The notes: a model not told the origin generated them from the letters alone. A stretch of DNA of 64,000 nt from Nageia nagi (GCA_050084985.1 JBITNC010000002.1:38192001-38256000), one strand, 5' to 3'. Shown: positions 1 to 13,917, counted from the stretch's first letter. A program made the numbers and translations.

Positions 1-1185
1 AAACTCCAACGACTCACTCTACAACCAAAATCACACTTAAATTGCCCAACGTCACATACAAGGAAGAAAGATTACATCAAACGAACATCAATATGAGACA
101 AGAATGGGATATCAAGTGCACCAAGGCTGAACTAATGTAGAAATGATGAGTACAATACGAATCAGGCCCTCAAGGGCTCAACATTGGCCTCCAAGGAGCC
201 AACTAGGGCACATTGATGTGCAAAGATGAATACTGCCATAGATATATTGAAGAACAACCACACTCTACCAGATCGATGGACGCCACACTAAAGGGCTTCC
301 TCGCAGGCTAGCTCCCAGTGAAAAGAACGAATGCAATTCCGGAATACCACCGGATGGATTCAAAGGTGCAAACCGCTATAAATGCCTTAGGGTAGAGCAA
401 CCTCACAACACGAACATTCACCTCAACCACTAGTCAGAAGTTGTTCCAAGCCTCCTAGACTCTCCTTGGTCTACACGCCCAATGGTGTTTGATGCCGCCA
501 AGACTTGAGAAGCTCCGAAGAGTAAATGGTTTCAATATCAGAATTTAATATATCTCTGTAATGAGGCTCCAATGCCTTATATAACACATCCCTGGATCTG
601 GATCTCACCTCAAAGTCATCACCCAACCTTTCTAATCCAACATTAACCTCCTAAAGGCTCCAAAATGCCCAACATGGGTGCCTAGGTATCATGCATGTCC
701 AAGAGCCATTAATGCCAATGTGGGATCTAGAGAGCCACGCATGCCTATCATGTGTCTAGGAGTCGTGTGGATGCCTAGGTGTCATCATGGGCCAACGTGG
801 GGGTCTAAAGTGCCACGCATGCCTAACATGGGTCTAGGAGTCGTGGGGGTCTTGAAGTCTCCCAAGGCTGACACAAGAATACAAGTGCTCCCAAATCCAA
901 CGTTGGGGCTTATGAGTGATTATCCATGCTTTGTGTTATCCTAGGTGTTACATAAAACTTAGGATTCCCACAATCATTATTTAGGATCTCCAAGTGTACA
1001 AAATAAATAATAATAACGCATCCTAAGCTTGGGGGGAAAACATCCCTCTTTGGGGCTCACAATATGGGTCCAATGGACCATTATATTTCTATCCCAAGTA
1101 AATAATAACATAAAAACAAAATATTTACAAAAGAAACACCTAGGATCCCAAGTTTATTTATTTTTATTCAAAAAGGGATGTTACA
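1..1185 (-). repeat. 3' LTR (partial) of gypsy element 1
   Basis: Colinear with ~4150-5350; ends ...ggatgttaca next to the PPT. Confidence 0.92.
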
Positions 1186-3873
1186 AAGCCTCCCCTCTCA
1201 AATTGTTTGCCCTCAAGCAATTGTAGAATGTCAAGAAGATTTGTCTTCCAATCATCTTTTGCATATATCAACTGAAATTCTGTTAAGTGGAATGCAACTT
1301 CAATATGCCCCATAAATGAATCAGTCCACGATATCTCTGTAGCAATTGTTGGAAATTCTGAGACATAAAAATAATGTGCAGCCATATTAGTGATGGGAAA
1401 GATATATAGCAGGTCTGAAATATTAATGCATTCTTCTTTATTCAAATCAGCCTTCAATAGGTCCCTTTGGCTGCTAGATATTGCATGCAAAAATTCTGAT
1501 ATTTCTTTGAAGTCATTTCCATCAAGAGCAATCCACATTAAGCACAAAAATGCATGCAAAAATTCTCATATGCCAATCTGCATTAAGCACAAAAATGCAT
1601 GCAAAAACTCTGATATACCAATCCACATTAAGCATAAAAATGCATGCAAAAATTCTGATATACCAATCCACAATATTGAAGCAGTGAATGTTTGCAAGAG
1701 TCCTAGAACATAATCTAGCAAAAACATAGGAAAAAGCAAGTATTTATGGAAAACAACGGAACCTTTGCTCCTTGTCAAGAGCCAAGTCCTCCTTGTGTCC
1801 AACGTTAAGTGCCAAGCTCCCTTTATACCCAACGTATCATGCCAAACCTCCCTTATTCCCAACGTTGCATCATTTGGCTCATTCTCCTCCTCATGGTGCG
1901 TCCAAATCACTTCCATCCTCTAATTCGTGACTTGAGGACATTCTTCCTTGATTCCTCGTAAGGTATGAGTTTTGCCATCAATCTCAAAACTCATAGTTAG
2001 GTTCCTACAATTGGTGTGTATGTCATCCAATTCAAACAGCCATTGTACTCCCAAAATCATATGAGGATGCCCATCAAGATGATATACATAAAAGTTCTCC
2101 CTAGTTGTATAGTCTTGCAGTCTTACCCCAAATTTTTCTACAATTTGGTCCACAAAAGTAACTTTTCCATTACCATTGGAAACTCTAAATCCTTCAAAAC
2201 TTTTGGTCTTGAGGCCCTTCTTACTCACAAAGCTTTCATCAATGAACTTATGGATAGCACCAAGATCTATCAAGAACATTACCTATTGTCCTCCTACTTG
2301 TCCAATTACCTTCAAGGTGAGGTATTTCTTTGCTCCATTAAGGGAAGCAATCATGCTTCCAAGAGATGCTTCTACCTTGGGTGTTTCCTCTTGCTCCAAT
2401 ACGTCCACATCAAGCTCCAAATCGGAATCATCATCATCATCAAGAAGAACCTCAATGTAGTGTAGTTGCCCTTTGCCTTGACAACAATGCCCTAGTTCCC
2501 ACAGCTTCTTGCAGTGAAAACATTTGTCTTCTTCCCTCAACTTCTTCCTAGTGGTTGTGTCCATCTGACTTGTTCTAGGTGGGAGGAAGGGTTTGAGCTT
2601 GTTGGCCACTTCTTTTTTTGCTGCTGATTTCCTCACGACATGCCCCTTGTGCGTTTGAGCACGTTTGAGAGTTGTCATAGTGGGCTCTAAATCGTAGGCT
2701 GCCCTTATTGCATCATCAAGGGTTTTTGGTCTTGAGATCTTCACCATCACTTGCAAGAGTTCCATCAACCCCTCTACAAAAATTGAAGTTAGCCTCTCTT
2801 CTAAAATATTTTGGATCATCATTGCTATCTTCTGAAATTCTGAAATAAAATCATCAGTTGTTCCTTGGTGTTTCAAGGATGTGAGCTCTCTGAAATAATC
2901 ATTCTCTTTTTTTCTATCAAAATGTTTCACCAACCTTCTAGCAAACTCATAAAAAGAAGAAATATGAGAATAGTTTTGGCTAAATACCCCATGTTGCCAC
3001 CACTCAAGAGCATCTCCCTCAAAATCCAACAATGCAAAATGGATGGCATCTTTTTCAATCATGTTCGGGCTTAGGGTGAAATACAATTGGAGTTCATGAA
3101 GCCAAGCCCTAGCCGTTATCTTCTTCCCATCATACATCAGAACCTACATTTTACTAATCTTTAGCTGCAAATCCTTTTTGCCAACCCATGCATTTCCTTG
3201 AGAATGAGTACCGTGTTCATGCTTCCTTTCAAACCCATTATCTCCAAATAGCTATTGAAATTTATATCTTTTCTTAATTATGAATCAAGCATAAAATAAT
3301 CTCTGATTTAATTCAAGAGGGTTTGGGAACCAATTTTTTACCTCGTTTGAAACTTCTTGGCAAACATGGGCTTGTGTTGCCAAGAAATGATTAGCAGCTT
3401 ACCTATCTTTCCAACAGCCTCCTCCAAAAATCTCCCTAAGAGTGCATTGGTCCCACATGGTGCTCTATAGGAGTGGAATCTCATGAATGCATGCTCCTGG
3501 TGACTCATTGATCCATGATAAGTGGCCCCTCTATCCTCAAGCTAGGCTCTCTCTCGTTCCTTTCCTCTTCCCTTGAATCGTCTTCCTCATTCGAAATAGA
3601 TTGTGGAGGCCTAGGACTCCTCACGTTTCTTTTTGTGGCTTTCTTACTCCCTAACCAAGTATCAAATTTAGTCATCTGATTCTGCACTACCTCAGTTATA
3701 TTCTTCATTTCCGTAAAGAGCTCATTAAATTTCCTTTCCAGCGTGGATTCCCTAGTTGGTGTAAGACTTCTGGCGAGGATTCCCTGGCTAGTGTAGGCTT
3801 CTTCTAACCAAACTTCCCTCGCCATAGTGCTATCCATCCTGGACATCCTCCATCCAAGAGTCGTACGCATCAT
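1164..3873 (-). pseudogene. Decayed gag-protease-(unknown domain) polyprotein
   Basis: ORFs 2283-3137, 1920-2279, 1566-1916 and 1164-1559 are one frame broken by single stops. Retrotransposon gag (YDGKK..AW..LQLYF, FEGDALEWW), zinc knuckle CFHCKKLWELGHCC, aspartic protease LID(L)GA(I)HKFI ... ILGVQWL. ORF 3505-3873 is probably the frameshifted N-terminus. Confidence 0.85.
1483..1672. repeat. 45-bp tandem repeat (3 full copies plus partial), in frame as GISEFLHAFLCLMWI on the minus strand
   Basis: aatccacattaagcacaaaaatgcatgcaaaaattctgatatacc-like units at 1530, 1575 and 1620. Confidence 0.9.
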
Positions 3874-4024
3874 TATGGACAGCTTTGGCTAGGGATTCTT
3901 CTTCCAACAACCACTTTCAACTTTTCTTAGCTGGAGTCATCTCTCTTCTGACGCTAGATCTAGTGTAATGGATATGAATTACAAGTCTCATTCACAGGCT
4001 GGCCAGATCAAACTCTAATACCAC

Positions 4025-5350
4025 TGCAAAATCCCAATTTATAATCAACACAGATATTAGCCAAATAAATATCAAAAAATGTCAAATTACACTCCTAGGC
4101 ATGCCATGAACTATTCTAGGGCATCAATCATGAACAAGTATATGCCATAAACTTCAACGACTCACCCTACAAGCAAAATCGACACTTAAAATTGCCCAAT
4201 GTCACATACAAGGAAGCAAGATTACATCAAACGAACACCAATATGATACAAGAATGGGAGATCAAGTGCTCCAAGGCTGAATTAATGTAGAAATGATGAG
4301 TACACTACGAACCAGGCCCCAAGGAGCCAACTAGGGCATAGTGATGTGCAAAGATGAATATAATTGTAGATATGTTGAAGAACAACCACACTCTACCAAA
4401 TCTGTGGAAGCCACGTCAAAGGACTTCCTCACAGGCTAGCTCTCGATGAAGACAACGAATGCAATTCCGTAATACCACCAGATGGATTCAAAGGTCCAGA
4501 TCGCTATGGACGCCTCAAGGTAGGGCAACCTCACAGCACGAACATTCACCTCAACCGCTAGTAAGAAGGTGTTCCAAGCCTCCTAGACTCTCCTTGGTCT
4601 ACATGCCCAAGGGTGCTTGACACCACCAAGACTTAAGAAGCTCCAAAGAGGAAGGGGTTTCAATATCAAAATTCAATATATCTCTACAATGAGGCTCCAA
4701 TGCCTTATATAACACATCCCTGGATCTAGATCTCACCTCAAAGTCATCACCTAACCTTTCCAATCCAACGCTAAACTCTTGGAGGCTCCAAAATGCCCAA
4801 CGTGGATGCTTAGGGATCATGCATGTCCAAGAGCCATTAATGCGAACATGGGATCTAGAGTGCTACGCATGCCTATTGTGGGTCTAGGAGTCATGCGTGG
4901 GTGCCTAGGTGTCATCATGGGCCAACGTGAGGGTCTAGAGTGCCATGCATGCCTAACGTGGGTCTAGGAGTCATGCGTGGGTGTTTAGGTGTCATCATGG
5001 GCCAACATGGGGGTCTAGAAGTCTCCCCAAGGCTGGCGCAAGAATGCAAGTGCTCCAAAATCCAACGTTGGGGCTTATAAGTGATTATCCATGCTTTGTG
5101 TTATCCTAGGTGTTACATAAAACTTGGGATTCCCACAATCATTATTTGGCATCTCCAAGTGTACAAAATAAATAATTATAACTCATCCTAAGCTTGGGAG
5201 GAAAACGTCCCTCTTTGGGGCTCACAATGTGGGTCCAATGGACCATTATATTTCTATCCCAAGTAACTAATAACATAAAAACAAAATATTTACAAAGGGA
5301 ACACCTAAGATCCCAAGTTTATTTATTTTTGTTCAAAAGGGGATGTTACA
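4025..5350 (-). repeat. 5' LTR (1326 bp) of gypsy element 1
   Basis: TG...CA termini, adjacent PBS, and an internal ~68-bp tandem unit (gggtctagagtgccatgcatgcc...) whose copy number differs between the two LTRs. Confidence 0.92.
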
Positions 5351-6835
5351 ATCGCATACAAGTATGCCAACATCTAACTCCCAAAGGCACAATCACCTCA
5401 TAAGACCTCAACATCTAGCAATATAGGTAAGATCTCAAGCAATAACATGTAAAATACCCAATGTAGCAATTATGGAAGCCAAATCTCATGTAAATAACTT
5501 AATTATGCACTCAATATCCAACAACCAAGCAATGAGAGATAATTACTACGAAATGAAAAGCAAATAACAATATGATAGCCAAATGTAATTGTATTTGAAT
5601 GATCGAAGTGTAGGGATCTCAATCACAAATACTATCCAACGAAGACTGCTACTCCAAGGCTTCAGATCCTCAGTAGTGGAAAGGCTTGCACCAGGCCTTC
5701 CTCCTTTGCAATTGTGGTGGAGACTCAGAGTCCCACTAGCAATATTCTAGTAATCCAATGGTAATGCAAACACCCCTAAATAGCTAACTTACAACCTTGA
5801 CGTGCGTTATTCCTCAAAGTGTGCGCCCATGTAAGTCCTGTTCTGCACCCCGCAATAGGTACCTCACTCCACTGGAGTGGAAATCAAGGAAGAGCAATGC
5901 CCAACTCCAAAAAGAAGAAATCATAATCATAGCATATCCATTGTCTTCCAAGAATCCTCCTTTTATATTGTGAAGGAGCTTCATCATTAATCTTGCATTG
6001 GGATTGATGTAATCTCATCCAACGATGTCCAAGTGTGATCCATGTGCTCTACATATCCAATGCTTATGATGATATGCATTGGGATAAGTGTAATCACATC
6101 CAAGGGCCTAGAATGCCAACGTTGCATAGTGGGAGACTTCCATGCACCTTGGTTTCCATGCCATCATGCTAAGATCCTCCAAGAGAGAGACGTGGGTGTC
6201 TTGGGATGCCCAATTGCTCATCAAAAGGTCCAAACCTCCCCATGAGCCCAACGTCCAAGTGTGGGAGTCTTCCACTTCCATGTAGTAATGTCATTCCATT
6301 GGAATCATATTGTTGTACCTCGAATAGCTAAGAGGGGAGCTAAATTATAACTACGGCCTATTAAATGTCATTTTACATTCATCAAGGCTTCTCATATGCA
6401 ACATCTCAAATTAGGTGACTAATATTGCATTTACAATTAATAATTGCCTTGGTATCATCAATTACAACATTACTAGCATTATTACAAATAAAACTCCTAA
6501 ATTTAAATTAAACCTCTTATGAACCCAAGATATACCTTGGAATCTCGCATTACAAATATTACTTGTTGCAAATATGAAAATACTCCTAACTAAATATAAG
6601 TCACACCTAAATTAACAAGATAACAATTGCATATCCCTAGAAGAGGGACGTTACTCTCAAATTAGAGTAAATCATGAATTCCCACACATGTGCGATATGA
6701 GCAAACTATCATGGCAGGTGAATTTCCAAATGCCATTTCTTCTTTGTTTCTTGACGAAACCTAGTTGTATAAAGTGTCAAAATGAATGGCATGAAATTCT
6801 CTATCCATTTTTGGTGATGAATCGGCAATTCCTCT
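5351..6835. repeat. Partial LTR (same family as solo LTR 10015-11793), interrupted by gypsy element 1
   Basis: Colinear, high similarity to ~10284-11726; starts exactly at the end of element 1. Confidence 0.88.
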
Positions 6836-6859
6836 TTTGTGCCTTCAAACTAAGCACAA

Positions 6860-8677
6860 ACGGATCTGATATATCTCAGTATGTACCAACAATCCTTGAA
6901 CAAGTCTTCAAAAACTTTGCCAAAATATTTCCCTGCAATCCTCCTTTGTTTCCCTCATCAATTCTTTCTATATCAAAAATTTGGTTTAGAGACTTTATCT
7001 GTATCATACTTTTGTTTGACACTACCTCCATTAATTGTTTTCTCGATATGCGTAAGTGCATTCTCTTCAAAGAAAATGTTTGGAGATTCAAACATACTTC
7101 AAGTGACAAGTCGTGATCCACCTTTTGCAATGCAATGTTCTCTTTACTCATTATCTTTATGTCATAAAGCTTGTGTTCTAGCTTCATGTTTGTGTTCATT
7201 AGGTCCTTTTTATCCTTTTGAGCTTTATCCAAAGAACGAGACAAGCAAACATTATCTTCTTTTAGATTAATTATTACTTCTTCTAACAACTTTGTCCAAT
7301 TCCTGCTTGATGTTATGGAGTGTCGCCTTATCCTGAAGTTCCCTTTCCACATAATTTGTTCATTCGATATCTAGTCTTTTTTGAAGCTCTGTAATCTGCT
7401 TGCTTGATCTTGAATTTGTGATTGCAATCTTGCATTTTCAGATAGAGCATCATGATATTGGGCCTTGAGATGAACGAATTCAAAGTGAGCCTTTTCTTGA
7501 GTCAATTTCTTCTCTAACTTGGCCATCTCAATGCTTTTCTCTATTTCCTAGAGTAATCTATTCATGTCCTTTGATGCCTTATTTGATATCTTATCTAGAG
7601 CAATGACCTTGCTTGAGAGATTTAATATTTATTTGTTGTATTTTCTCTTAATATCATTTACCTTTTGATCATTGTGTTTGGACATTTTCTCAAGATGCTT
7701 GGTGAGCTTTGCCTGCTCTGCTTCTATCTGCAATTCATGTTGTTTCCTGATTTCAATAGTTGTATGTTCAACTACGAGTTGTGTATTACTTTGCTCTTCC
7801 AATGCTCTTTGCCTTTCTTGAGCTAGTGCAATCAACTGAGCTCCATTCGCTAACTCTTGTTAAAGTCGAAGTATTTTCATATCCCGTAGTTCGATCATTA
7901 CATGTTAATTTGAGACTACTTTTTGTAAAACTTTAATTTATTTTTCCTTACGTTGGAGAGTGGTTGCAAATTTTGTTTCTAGAGATTCCTCTTTTTGTTG
8001 CACTTGTTGTTGCAATGTGGTAGCTTCTTTCAATGACACTTGAGTTAATGCTTTATATTTGCTTTGCATACTTGTCAATCCTTCTGAAATTCTTTTCTTG
8101 CCTAAGATAGCATCCTTATTATGTCCCTGACTAAGCTCTAATTGTCGTTGTGTTGGCTTCAATTTCACTTCAAGCGAGAGGTGCTTTGATTCATGTTCAT
8201 TTTTGACGGTATTCAATTCTTCAACCAACTCAAATAATTTGGAGAGTGCCACTTGCTCTATCTTCTCGGCCTCCTCAGGATCTGACTTGTGTCTGCAAGC
8301 TCATCCTTTATTGATTCCACAACCTTTGCAATGACAATTGATTCACTCTTGGCCTTCTCAAGACGAGTGTCGACCTCTTTTGGGAGTACTTGATTCTCCC
8401 CTGGTTCTTGTAGCAATGGCGTATGTGTACCTTCCCTCGATTTGGTGGTACACCTCTTTGAATCTTGAACCATCTTCAGTATATCCTTCCTTTCAAATCC
8501 AAATGTGTCTTATAGTCTACCACATTTTGTAATTTTCTAATCTCTTATTGTACTCCATTTGTAGCTTGTCTAATTTTGTTGCTTTTGGGTCGACAACTCC
8601 TTTCAACATAACTATTAAAGCTTCTATTTGTTGTTTGGCCATCTAGCTAATTTCTGATTTTCCCTTATAACTCCATA
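6860..8677 (-). pseudogene. Decayed long coiled-coil ORF (~600 codons), probably a retrotransposon accessory ORF
   Basis: Successive K/E/Q/L-rich heptad-like ORF pieces 8258-8473, 7938-8252, 7629-7835 and 6876-7352 next to an LTR; stops and frameshifts. Confidence 0.55.
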
Positions 8678-10014
8678 ATTTAATCAAATAAATAACTATT
8701 AAAATAATTTAAAATTTTCCTCCATGATTGCAATTCCAAATTTTCCTAAAAATTTAAATTGTAGAAATGAATTTCGAAATTTAGTCAAGCCTGGAAAGTA
8801 GTGTCTTTGGGGTGGAACAATCTTGATTCAAGTACAAGATCTAATGATGAATGGTTCAAGCTAGACACCAAGGCCCTACGTCTCACCTTTCACTCCTTAG
8901 AAATTACAATTTGAAGCAAAAAGCTTCAATGTCTACCTTCAAATCCTTGAAAACTGCAAATTGGATGCCAAAGTTCGAAACGTTTTCCTCCAGGAGACTA
9001 ATGAATGAGATCTAGTGCCCAAAATGTGCTTCCAGAGGTGCAGCAAACAAGCTTGAGGTTTTGAAACTCCCCAAAATTAGCAAAAACTCCTCAACATCTT
9101 CCTTCAATAGCTCAAATTTCACATCTAGATGCTTAAAACCTTCAATTCCACTGTGATGCTCCTGAATTTTCTAAGAATTTCCAATTACCACTGAAATACC
9201 ACTGTAACTCCTTTTCTAGACCTTCGCTTAGCAAAAATGGCAAGATCTAAACTCTGCAATTTCTCACTAGCAAGACAGAGAGATCTTCTCTTCCCAACAA
9301 TTGTAACTTCTTTGCACATCTTTGATACAACTATAAATATTCTTCAAGACCTAACCTAGCAGGATGGTAAGATCTTGTCACATGTCCTTTGAATGGGTTG
9401 GGAGTACCAAGGCAAGAAAGAATGAATAATGATAGTGAGTTGGCCATACAACATGCTTGTGGAGTTATGACAATTGGTGATGGGAACATGTTTTCAAATC
9501 ATTGGATGTTGCGGATATTGGATTAAGGTAGTTGTCATTGTGGAGGTTTGAGCAGTCCACCTATGTTGACTAGTAAATTTGATTTTGGGATTTATGTCAC
9601 CAAAAAAGGCCCAAAGGTGTAAATCTTGCCCAATTTGTTTGAAGAGGGGGGGCAAGTCCCTCCCAATTAAGTAGGGTGTTAATCATTTATTGGATCATGA
9701 GGTTAAAAAACCTCGTTTTGATCCACTATGCTTTGTATTCCATCTACTATTTGTTTAGTTGTTCCTCAATGTCTCACCTCATGTTTTGATCATCTACCAA
9801 TTAGTCCTTTTCCTACATCAATTTTTGTTTCAAGTGCTTTTGGTAGTTCGACTTGGGCAGGGTTAATCTCTTGAGTTTGTGGGGTTTTCGCTTAGGGGTT
9901 TGAGGGGGTTGTGGTGGGGCCGAGAGTGGTGGAGTTAGTGACTTCAAGGGGTTCATTGGAAGTGGTAGTGTTGTTCTATATCTTATTGCTTTCTTTATTT
10001 GTTTCTAGGGTGTT

Positions 10015-11793
10015 TGTACTAAGTCGGATAGGGCTCATCCAAAGTTGCACAAAAAGTTATCACAAAAACTTCAAATAAATGCAATGAATTGTTCCAAGCA
10101 CAAATTGATGACTTGAATCACCAAATATCTCCCTAGGAGAGGAATGTCTCAATCCCAATGTGTTAGATCTCAACAATAATGCTCAAAATATTCTAACTTC
10201 ATGGAAATGCTAGATCCCCTCACACAAACCCTATGTCTAGCTTAGGCATGCAAATACTCAACGAACCATGCAAATATCCCAAATCTCATGCAAGTATGCC
10301 AACGTCTAACTCCCAAAGGCACAATCACCTCAAAAGACCCCGACGTCTACCAATATAGGTAAGATCTCAAGCAATAACATGCAAAATACCTAACGTAGCA
10401 ATTATGGAAGCCAAATCTCATGTAAATAACTCAATTAATTATTATGAAACAACAAGAAAATAAAAATATAATAAACAAATGTAATTGTATTCGAATGATG
10501 GAAGTGTAGAGATATCAATTACAAAGACTATCCAACGAAAATTGATGCTGCAAGGCTTCAGATCCTTAGTAGTGTCAAGGCTTACACCAAGCCTTCCTCC
10601 TCTGTAGCTATGGTGGAGACTCAAAGTCCCACAAGCAGTATTCTACTAATTCAAGGATAATGCCAACACCCCTTAAATAGCTAGCTTACAACCCTGAGTT
10701 GCACTATTCCTCAAAGTGTGCGCCCACGTAAGTCCTGTTCTACACCCCGCAACAAGTACCTCACTCCGCCTTAAAGGAAATCAAGGAAGAGCAATGGCCA
10801 ACTCCAAAAAGAAGAAATCATAATCATAGCATATCCATTGTCTTCTAGGAATCCTCCTTTTATAGTGTGAAGTAGCTTCATCATTAATCTTGCATTGGGA
10901 TTGATGTAATCTCATCCAACGATGTCCAAGTGTGATCCATGTGCTCTCCATATTCAATGATTAAGATGGGGTGCCCTGGGATGTGTAATCACATCCAAGG
11001 GCCTAGAATGCCAATGTTGCATACTGGGGGACTTCCATGCGCCCTGGGATCCACATCATCATGCTAAGAGCCTCCAAGTGAGACATGGGTGTCTTGGGAT
11101 GCCCAATTGCTCATCAAAAGGTCCAAACCTCCCATGAGCCCAACGTCCAAGTATGGAAATCTTCCAATCCCTCATAGTGAGTGGCATTCCATTGGAATCA
11201 TATTGCTCTACCTCAAATAGCTAAGAGGGGAGCTAAACTATAACTACGGCCTATTAAATGCCATTTTACATTCATCAAGGCTTATCATATGCAACATCCC
11301 AAATTAGGTGACTAATATTGCATTTACAATTAATAGTTTCCTTGGTATCATCAAGTACAACATTATTGGCGCTATTACAAATAAAATTCCTAAATATAAA
11401 CTAAACCTCTTATGATCCAAAGGCATACCTTGAAATCTCGCATTACATATATTACTTGTTGCAAACATGAAAATACTCCTAACTAAATATAAATAACACC
11501 TAAATTAACAAGATAACAATTGCACATCCCTAGAAGAGGGACGTCACTCTCAAATGATAGTAAATAATGAATTCCTACGTGCGCGCAATATGAGCAAACT
11601 GGCATGGCGGGTGAACTTCTAAATGCCATATCTCCTTCGTTTCTTAAAAAAACCTAGTCATATAACCTATCAAAACGAATGGCACGCGATTCTATATCCG
11701 TTGCTTGTGATGAATTGGCAATTCCTAGCTTGTGGAAGATGAAATTTCCTCAAGACCAGAAATAATTGAAACTCCAAAATTGGGGACATTATA
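10015..11793. mobile_element. Solo LTR (1779 bp)
   Basis: Starts TGTA, ends GGGGACATTATA (CA decayed to TA); flanked by 5-bp TSD GTGTT (10010-10014 / 11794-11798); paralogous to 5351-6835. Confidence 0.9.
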
Positions 11794-12355
11794 GTGTTGT
11801 TTTCTTCAACTTCTGATATTGAGAGAGTTAAATAAATTTTTTGTTTCTAAATTGGATGATGCTTTGATTGGGCTACTTTGCCTTCATCTATTAGGACTTT
11901 TATTTCTATTTTATTGTTGATCTTGTCTTCAATGTGTAATGTTATTCCTTACTAGATTATTTCTAGGTGGTGGATTCTTTGTTTTATCTAGGAAATCTCT
12001 AATTGCATGTCCAACTATTTTGCAAACTGTGCACTTGGGAATTAGGTGTTTATAATCAATGTTTTGTTCCCATGCTCCTAGAGATGAGTCGAGGATGATC
12101 TTCCCCGAGAGATCTTTGGTAAGATCTGCATTTATGCAGAAGCATACAACAAGAAGTCAAGACTTGTTTACTACAGTAGAATCAACTACTATTAGGGTTT
12201 CTATATGTTTCGTGATTCCTGCAATTATGTTGACATTCCAAAAGTCGATAAGGAGTTTAGGAAGTTGAACCCATATTGAAGTGGTAGCAATATTTTCTTA
12301 TTCTAGGTGAAATCCTTTGTACTATTTCCAAAGGTAATCTTTTTTACCCAAGAAC

Positions 12356-13173
12356 CAAAGTTGTCAGACTCAGACTCAATGCGGAATAGCCGAGGTCCAC
12401 TTGGATTTGGGACTCGGAAAAATATCGTCCGAACTTGGCAAAACGAAAAAAATGCAAAAAATACATATATTTTCATTGAAAACATAAGTTTTTTCAATTG
12501 CATATTACTTATTATTACTATTAGTGTCTTCTAGAAGCCTGCCTACTCAACAATAACATCAACATTATACAATTTACAATATACACAATTACAAATGGCG
12601 AATAGGAAGGGGCATATATTTATATTCATCAAAATGTTAAAACTTCACAATACAAAATGTGCCTATGATGGCAAAATACAAAATCAGCCAATCTATGATG
12701 GTTGCAAACTTCATTCTTTTTGTTTTTCCCCTTTTGTCATTGGAGTGAGGATTTGGTGAATTCTCATACTTGCGTAGTTTGGACTTTGGAGCATTCTTAA
12801 TGGTTTTGTGGAAATTGTTTCTTGTTGAACCTATCACAAAATAGATAAGTCATCTTTGGGAAAGCATAACTTTTTATAGAGACATTAAATCACAGTAATT
12901 CTTTTTCCATTGGGTGGCATTCGAAGAGACCTTTCCAACGTGTATACACATGCCTAATTAATGGGTTTTTTTAATGTTATTAAGTCATTTTTTTGACTTA
13001 CTTTATTATCACCAAACTCATTGAACTCGACCAAACTCACCAGACTCGACCAAACTTGGCTAGACTCTCCGAGACTCAACAAATCTCTAGACTCATTAGT
13101 CCAAGCCTCTGTGACTCATCAGGAATGACTCGAACTCGGGGACTCACGATTTCTGACGAGTAGAACTACTATG
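12356..13173. mobile_element. Non-autonomous hAT-type DNA transposon (MITE, 818 bp)
   Basis: 8-bp TSD CCAAGAAC (12348-12355 / 13174-13181); imperfect TIR CAAAGTTGTCAGACTC vs CATAGTAGTTCTACTC; GACTC/ACTCG subterminal repeats; excision restores LINE GPWFLG. Confidence 0.85.
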
Positions 13174-13917
13174 CCAAGAACCAAGGGCCTCTTTGGAGCA
13201 CTTCTTCCATGTCAAATTTGAATTTGAATTTGAAGACCAAAAAATCTTTTTGTATGGTCATGATGGTGAGATTTCTTTTTATTTCCCATTTCAAACTTCT
13301 CCAAGCTCAAATTTGGTGCAAGTTTGGTCACACTCCTCTGAATTTGCCAATGAGGGAGATTTTGTGGCATTGCTATTCTAAGTTGATTAGTTTGTCTAGA
13401 ATAGAGAGGTATGCAATTCCATCATCCGACTTAGTTTTCGGATCAAGGGGGATGTCAATAAGAACCTTCACTCACTTGAAATTGAAAATACTTGACCAGC
13501 TGGCAGAAGTCTATCTTGAATCAAGATTTGCCAAGGAAGATTATTGTCTTATAGAAAAGGTCAAATTGAAAAATTTGTAGGTCGATGTAGGAGGGGGGGA
13601 TGAAAGATTATTCCATCCCAACCTGTTAATAAAATGAAACAAACTATATTTCACATTATGGTATTCACTGATTTCTATTATGAAACTAGAAAATTAACAA
13701 GAACATGCCTATTGTTCAACAAGGTGGAATAAAATGAACACACCACTTCATATTGAAACATAAACCAAGGAAAGTACATCTAAATGAAGATGATGAGGTA
13801 AGAGAACGGTTTTTGAGTTTCTTTTGAAAAATGTACTCTACAGAGGAGGCCCAAACACTTTATTAGGAGTGGTTAAAATTTGTATATCTTAGTGGTTTGA
13901 CTTTCAAGTGATCAAAG

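Larger units (their letters stand above)
1..5350 (-). mobile_element. Non-autonomous Ty3/gypsy (chromovirus-like) LTR retrotransposon: gag + protease, no RT/RNaseH/integrase; 3' LTR cut by the window edge
   Basis: Direct repeats <1-1185 and 4025-5350 (TG...CA, both ending GGGATGTTACA on +). Minus-strand tRNA-Met-type PBS (TGGTATTAGAG) at ~4013-4023 and PPT (GAGAGGGGAGG) at ~1189-1199. Gag and protease motifs lie between the LTRs. Confidence 0.92.
9350..13600 (-). mobile_element. L1-type LINE remnant (ORF1), interrupted by a solo LTR and a hAT MITE; outer limits approximate
   Basis: With the inserts removed the minus strand reads EEVLQRGPWFLG...IWVQLPKLLIDFW...CINADLTKDL...WEQNIDYKHLIPKCTVCKIVGH, matching DUF4283 + zf-CCHC_4 of plant L1 ORF1. 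Confidence 0.75.

Noticed and set aside
678-1226. Short ORFs in LTRs and other 60-150-aa ORF-track entries (e.g. 4779-5403, 48922-49376, 59554-59742)
   Set aside because: Chance or antisense frames within LTRs, low-complexity tracts or tandem repeats; no protein motifs.
9191-9210. PBS plus LTR start (aataccactgtaac)
   Set aside because: The following sequence matches no LTR in the window; better explained as a short accactg duplication.
5351-11793. One intact LTR element bounded by 5351-6835 and 10015-11793
   Set aside because: The right copy has its own 5-bp TSD within LINE sequence and no PBS or PPT beside it.
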